Assembly: GCA_000004985.1 (NCBI GenBank)
Contig: GG738880.1
DNA from: Naegleria gruberi
Taxonomy: Eukaryota
Direction: 5' to 3' (one strand)
Length of the DNA: 64,000 nucleotides
Part shown: positions 58,401-64,000 of the stretch, piece by piece
Numbering within the stretch: position 1 is the stretch's first letter
Layout: every line of letters begins with the position of its first letter
Notes under the pieces: generated by a model
The model's database searches: none
Seen by the model: the letters and a program-made list of their open reading frames with translations, nothing else
Told to the model about the DNA's origin: nothing
Made by a program: the position numbers and the translations under genes

Positions 58401-60125
58401 NNNNNNNNNNNNNNNNNNNNNNNNNNNNNNNNNNNNNNNNNNNNNNNNNNNNNNNNNNNNNNNNNNNNNNNNNNNNNNNNNNNNNNNNNNNNNNNNNNNN
58501 NNNNNNNNNNNNNNNNNNNNNNNNNNNNNNNNNNNNNNNNNNNNNNNNNNNNNNNNNNNNNNNNNNNNNNNNNNNNNNNNNNNNNNNNNNNNNNNNNNNN
58601 NNNNNNNNNNNNNNNNNNNNNNNNNNNNNNNNNNNNNNNNNNNNNNNNNNNNNNNNNNNNNNNNNNNNNNNNNNNNNNNNNNNNNNNNNNNNNNNNNNNN
58701 NNNNNNNNNNNNNNNNNNNNNNNNNNNNNNNNNNNNNNNNNNNNNNNNNNNNNNNNNNNNNNNNNNNNNNNNNNNNNNNNNNNNNNNNNNNNNNNNNNNN
58801 NNNNNNNNNNNNNNNNNNNNNNNNNNNNNNNNNNNNNNNNNNNNNNNNNNNNNNNNNNNNNNNNNNNNNNNNNNNNNNNNNNNNNNNNNNNNNNNNNNNN
58901 NNNNNNNNNNNNNNNNNNNNNNNNNNNNNNNNNNNNNNNNNNNNNNNNNNNNNNNNNNNNNNNNNNNNNNNNNNNNNNNNNNNNNNNNNNNNNNNNNNNN
59001 NNNNNNNNNNNNNNNNNNNNNNNNNNNNNNNNNNNNNNNNNNNNNNNNNNNNNNNNNNNNNNNNNNNNNNNNNNNNNNNNNNNNNNNNNNNNNNNNNNNN
59101 NNNNNNNNNNNNNNNNNNNNNNNNNNNNNNNNNNNNNNNNNNNNNNNNNNNNNNNNNNNNNNNNNNNNNNNNNNNNNNNNNNNNNNNNNNNNNNNNNNNN
59201 NNNNNNNNNNNNNNNNNNNNNNNNNNNNNNNNNNNNNNNNNNNNNNNNNNNNNNNNNNNNNNNNNNNNNNNNNNNNNNNNNNNNNNNNNNNNNNNNNNNN
59301 NNNNNNNNNNNNNNNNNNNNNNNNNNNNNNNNNNNNNNNNNNNNNNNNNNNNNNNNNNNNNNNNNNNNNNNNNNNNNNNNNNNNNNNNNNNNNNNNNNNN
59401 NNNNNNNNNNNNNNNNNNNNNNNNNNNNNNNNNNNNNNNNNNNNNNNNNNNNNNNNNNNNNNNNNNNNNNNNNNNNNNNNNNNNNNNNNNNNNNNNNNNN
59501 NNNNNNNNNNNNNNNNNNNNNNNNNNNNNNNNNNNNNNNNNNNNNNNNNNNNNNNNNNNNNNNNNNNNNNNNNNNNNNNNNNNNNNNNNNNNNNNNNNNN
59601 NNNNNNNNNNNNNNNNNNNNNNNNNNNNNNNNNNNNNNNNNNNNNNNNNNNNNNNNNNNNNNNNNNNNNNNNNNNNNNNNNNNNNNNNNNNNNNNNNNNN
59701 NNNNNNNNNNNNNNNNNNNNNNNNNNNNNNNNNNNNNNNNNNNNNNNNNNNNNNNNNNNNNNNNNNNNNNNNNNNNNNNNNNNNNNNNNNNNNNNNNNNN
59801 NNNNNNNNNNNNNNNNNNNNNNNNNNNNNNNNNNNNNNNNNNNNNNNNNNNNNNNNNNNNNNNNNNNNNNNNNNNNNNNNNNNNNNNNNNNNNNNNNNNN
59901 NNNNNNNNNNNNNNNNNNNNNNNNNNNNNNNNNNNNNNNNNNNNNNNNNNNNNNNNNNNNNNNNNNNNNNNNNNNNNNNNNNNNNNNNNNNNNNNNNNNN
60001 NNNNNNNNNNNNNNNNNNNNNNNNNNNNNNNNNNNNNNNNNNNNNNNNNNNNNNNNNNNNNNNNNNNNNNNNNNNNNNNNNNNNNNNNNNNNNNNNNNNN
60101 NNNNNNNNNNNNNNNNNNNNNNNNN
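55453..60125. other. Assembly gap (4673 N)
   Basis: This is a run of N. The long poly-X ORFs across it are artefacts. Confidence 1.
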
Positions 60126-61057
60126 ATAAAATGAGCGAGTTGGAGCATAATCTTTGATTTTATGTCAAAGGTCTATAGTAAAATGATAGAGTTGACAACT
60201 CAATATCTACTGAACCAAAATTAATGAAATTGATATTATATGCTAATTAGAGTGTCTACATATCATGGTATTAATTTCAGTGAAAATGGAGTTGTTTCTA
60301 TATCTTTCAGATTTCCAGCCATTCTCTTGAAATATCACCATGTACTATCTACTGAATGCATTTGTTGAAATGAAATTATATAATTTGATGAAATTACACT
60401 TTATTTGAGATGTAGAACACGATATTATCATTTATTTTGAGATTGGTAACTTTTCCTATAGTGTCATCCTTAATTGTCTTAATTGACTAAAAAAGGTCAA
60501 GGAGATATTTCAAAATATAAAATAAATTATATTTTCGAGATGTACTATTGATTTCCAATCGATTGATATGTATTTTGTTGATTGACGAAGTGGTTCTCTA
60601 TTTGAAGATTTCCTCCTTGATCTTTAAAGACAACCTTGAAATTTCACCCTTTACCTTACTGAAAGATAGAATATTCTCCAAAATGTCTGAAAATTGAACC
60701 ATATACATTATTTGAGATGTTGAACATGGTGGTAAAGTTGCATAGAGTGGTCATTTTCCAGATTTTCATCCATGTCCACAGTTGACTAATTGGTATGATA
60801 GAGTTGAAATCATGAACATGAAAGTGAAAATAAACTTGATTTTCTATCTCTACTCGTAGAGTGAAGCATTTTCATGTATATATTGTTGGTTGAAGTGATG
60901 TATTTGATAGAGTTAGTGTGACTTGTCTTTCCTTAAAGTCAACCATAAAATATCAACATTTACCTTCCCATTATACCATTTCTGATTATTAAGACATGAA
61001 ATTGAATTCTATATCATTATATATCATGTACATCATTTTGGTAAAGTTTTAATAGGT

Positions 61058-61356
61058 GGTTTGGGTTTGGGTTTGGGTTTGGGTTTGGGTTTGGGTTTGG
61101 GTTTGGGTTTGGGTTTGGGTTTGGGTTTGGGTTTGGGTTTGGGTTTGGGTTTGGGTTTGGGTTTGGGTTTGGGTTTGGGTTTGGGTTTGGGTTTGGGTTT
61201 GGGTTTGGGTTTGGGTTTGGGTTTGGGTTTGGGTTTGGGTTTGGGTTTGGGTTTGGGTTTGGGTTTGGGTTTGGGTTGGGTTTGGGTTTGGGTTTGGGTT
61301 TGGGTTTGGGTTTGGGTTTGGGTTTGGGTTTGGGTTTGGGTTTGGGTTTGGGTTAA
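61058..61356. repeat. (GGGTTT)n hexanucleotide microsatellite, ~50 units, one imperfection; telomere-repeat-like
   Basis: The array is a direct read of ggtttgggtttggg... from ~61058 to the N-gap at 61357. The six-frame ORFs across it (VWVW.., GLGL/GFGF.., KPKP.., TQTQ..) are artefacts of the repeat. Confidence 0.9.
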
Positions 61357-61406
61357 NNNNNNNNNNNNNNNNNNNNNNNNNNNNNNNNNNNNNNNNNNNN
61401 NNNNNN
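61357..61406. other. Assembly gap (50 N) between the (GGGTTT)n array and the HK HATPase exon
   Basis: Run of N. Confidence 1.
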
Positions 61407-62445
61407 AAGGATGAGGATCCAAATGTAACAACCTTTAATTTGTTCGAATCGTTGAAGGCCATGACGAACATTATTTCAGGTTACGCTTCCACATTTAAGG
61501 TAAATTTGAAATTGGAAATTGATTCCAAGATTAAGGACATGTTCGTTCACTCAAATTCTTCCAAACTCCACCAAATATTATTAAATTTATTGACAAACGC
61601 TGTAAAGGCTTCAAAGCAAGGTGATTCTGTATGGTTAAAAAGTAGACTATTGGAAGATTATGGAGATTCTGTAACTGTCAGATTTATTTGTGAAGATACT
61701 GGATGCGGAATTCCACAAAATTTGATTTCTTCTATTTTTGAACCATTCGTGCAATTACAAAACAGCTCACAATCCAAAGTGCCAAGTTCTGGACTCGGAC
61801 TCACTACTGTTTCACATCTAATCAAATCGATGGATGGTCAAATTAGCGTTCTCTCTCAAGTCGGAAAAGGAAGTATTTTCACAGTTGATTTGCCATTCAA
61901 ATTAAAACCAAGCAAGTTCCAAGAAAATAGTGATCGTAATGGTAATCCAGAAGATAGGCGATCAAAACTTCACCTTAGCGTTCATAAGAGCTATTTAACA
62001 ATGATGACAGACTTGGAAAAGAATGAAAAAGAAAAGGAGAAAAAGTCAAAGTTTAATTCTAAAATATTGATTGCAGAAGATAATCCTATTAACAGAAAAG
62101 TTATTGTCAAGATGATAAATAGTTTAGGGCACGAAACAGATTATGTTTGTGATGGAAAGGAACTGGTTGAGAACTTTAATCCAAAAACTCACAAGGTTGT
62201 AATTACAGATATGGTATGTTGAAAAATCAATATTTAATGTATGCTCATCTAATTAGAATATGCCAAATATGAATGGATTGGAAGCTACTAAGGTTCTAAG
62301 AGAAAAATATGGAGATTCATTCAAGATTTATTTATTAACAGGTAATGTGACAGTCTCTTTGACAGATGTTGATGATATGGGTTTATTGGATGGCATTCTA
62401 ACAAAGCCCTGTTCTAAACAAGAGCTTGAGAAATGTATTACGTAA
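61407..62445 (+). CDS. Hybrid histidine kinase, copy C, 3' part: HATPase_c + receiver domain; exons 61407..62213 and 62257..62445 (5' end lost in gap)
   Basis: The N-box is LHQILLNLLTNAVKAS, with G1 ICEDTGCGIPQ and G2 SGLGLTTVSHLI. The receiver domain is KILIAEDNPINRKVIVKMINSLGHETDYVCDGKELVENF..KVVITDM. Donor GTATGT follows, with a 43-nt intron (62214..62256) ending AATTAG. Translation then continues NMPNMNGLEATKVLREKYGDSFKIYLLTGN..LDGILTKPCSKQELEKCIT. The conserved D and MPxMxG/KP motifs are present. Confidence 0.75.
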
Positions 62446-62454
62446 AGTGAATTT

Positions 62455-63382
62455 GGCAAGTGTCAAGACCTGTCAAATTGATGAAAAAAAATGAATAGAG
62501 AAGATGTTCTTCTAATGTTGCATGATAAACCGAATGAAAATGCAAATAGCTTGTTTGAACTATTGAAAATTAGAATGATGACAAGCAAAACCTCTAAAAT
62601 TTCAAATCAATTTACAAAAGTAATTCGTATTGATAATTGTAAACATGTGGAAACGCTTGGAACGCCAAATAAATATGGAAAGCCTGCACGAGGACTCAAC
62701 AACAAATTCTTCTTCAATATTCCGATGGATATTACTATTTCATACAGGCACGAAACAATTTATGTTTGCGACTACAAAAATTACAAAATTCAAACATTTG
62801 ATTTGGCTACCAAACAATTTATCACTTCAATTTCGACAATTCCGACGTGCTTTATCTACATTCAAGTGGATGATCAATTTGATCAATTATTTGGATTAGG
62901 ATTTGATCGTTCCTTATATGTGGGAAAATTTGAGAAACCAAGTAAGGGAAGAGGTGGATTAAGTTTTGCAAGTTTGGAAAGTATAATCTTCCCATTTCTC
63001 TATCCATACAAATCTTTGAAAATTGACCACATTCTTCCATTAGTGACATTTTCAATCGTTTATGGAAAATTCAAGGCAATTCAGAATTGGAGTATTGAGA
63101 ACGATGGATTTGAATATTGTAAATTTGATGCAAGTTGATTTTGATGAACAAGATCCAAGTGATGGGGACAAAGTATTGTATTTGGATGGAAGAGGCAATT
63201 TATGTATTCTTTCATTCCCTCTTGTTAAAAGTATACCCTTGTCAATTGTGAATTCAAGGAAACAAGCTCACTTTGGCCAATTTGAAACATTATTTGAGTT
63301 TACAGAAAAGATTTCAAATGTGTTCAAGATAGCAACTGAGCAATCGTCTGGGAATATATTAATTTCCATACCAATTCCTTTG
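62455..63382. repeat. Duplicated block carrying the NHL-propeller pseudo-copy (copy 2), ending in an N-gap
   Basis: See 50570..51492. Confidence 0.8.
62491..63382 (+). pseudogene. NHL-repeat-like beta-propeller gene, copy 2, disrupted by an ~82-bp internal inversion and truncated by a gap
   Basis: This copy is ~97% identical to 50607..51470. The segment 62980..63063 is the reverse complement of 51096..51177, which breaks the ORF into 62491..63138 and 63062..63382+. Confidence 0.5.
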
Positions 63383-63432
63383 NNNNNNNNNNNNNNNNNN
63401 NNNNNNNNNNNNNNNNNNNNNNNNNNNNNNNN
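63383..63432. other. Assembly gap (50 N)
   Basis: Run of N. Confidence 1.
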
Positions 63433-64000
63433 TTATTGAAATACCATGATTAACTGATCCATTATAACACATTATAATTGAAAGATTTTAAAATTAATAT
63501 GATTTGACAATCTTGACATTTATAATTCCCATGATTACACTCCTGACATGTTGAATGATTTCAAATTGTCATGAAACTGATACAGTAGTGTTTATTCACC
63601 TTCACTAAGGTCCTATATCAGTTTCATGATGATCTGTATAGTGGATGTGATTGTCACATCCCTATAGGTGTCAAGTAGATCAGCCATGTAGCATGTATGA
63701 TATGGATGAATGTCAAAATGATATTAATGTATTTCATTATCATGTATAGATGTATTGGAAGTGAATTGAAGTGGTATAGATTTCTATCTTCAATGTTAGT
63801 ATAGGTGAGTTGACAAGTTGAATATTAAATATCCTGATATGATACCTAAGTATTTGAAATTGATATATATTGTTATTAACATGATTTGCAAGGTGATATA
63901 TTGATATGAAATGATTTTGAAATGTTTTCATTGATATTCTAATTGTCTAATCTATTATATGAAATTAACTTATATAAGTCATTATAATGATGTAATATTA

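Noticed and set aside
55424-60157. 1,500-aa 'ORFs' on both strands made of X residues
   Set aside because: They span the 4,673-N assembly gap and are pure artefacts of translating N.
61056-61471. ORFs encoding VWVW.., GLGL/GFGF.., KPKP.., TQTQ.. repeats
   Set aside because: These are translations of the (GGGTTT)n microsatellite in different frames and strands. They are not coding. The HATPase exon only begins after the gap at 61407.
1-64000. Prokaryotic features (operons, CRISPR, RBS, defence islands)
   Set aside because: The sequence is clearly eukaryotic. It has spliceosomal introns, oligo(dA) start contexts, a KDEL ER signal, and coronin, F-box, LisH and RGS domains. No direct-repeat/spacer arrays are present.

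Overview
This is eukaryotic nuclear DNA, not prokaryotic, and it looks dictyostelid-like (social amoeba). The evidence is AT-rich intergenic and intron sequence, oligo(dA) runs immediately 5' of ATG codons, N/Q/S/T homopolymer-rich proteins, and GT..AG introns of about 37 to 260 nt. There is also an unmistakable coronin gene and Dictyostelium-style tenascin-like EGF repeats.

The window holds about 25 protein-coding genes on both strands, several of them multi-exon. Gene models were built by hand from frame continuity and splice signals.

The 3' third of the window (about 46.5-63.4 kb) is a scaffold problem zone. It has five N-gaps, one of them 4.7 kb. It contains near-identical duplicated blocks that carry pieces of a hybrid histidine kinase gene and an adjacent NHL-type beta-propeller gene. 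It also contains a (GGGTTT)~50 array sitting between gaps.

Highlights:
- A giant single gene (17834..24281) encodes signal peptide, Kelch-like propeller, about 25 EGF-like repeats, a GPS/GAIN motif, a 7TM core and a C-terminal RGS domain. This is an adhesion-GPCR-like receptor fused to a G-protein GAP.
- Two paralogous 2-TM receptor-like proteins with cyclase-homology-like cytoplasmic domains sit in inverted orientation (41.6-44.1 kb + and 51.6-54.2 kb -) and bracket the duplicated HK/NHL cassette.
- An F-box protein carries a Rab-like GTPase domain with degenerate catalytic motifs.
- A Gal4-type Zn2Cys6 gene is split by a 1-nt frame offset.
- A GW2/DA2-like myristoylated RING E3 carries two UIMs.
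- Several ultra-short introns (41-49 nt) are supported by protein-level continuity.

No rRNA or tRNA genes, CRISPR arrays or mobile elements could be supported.
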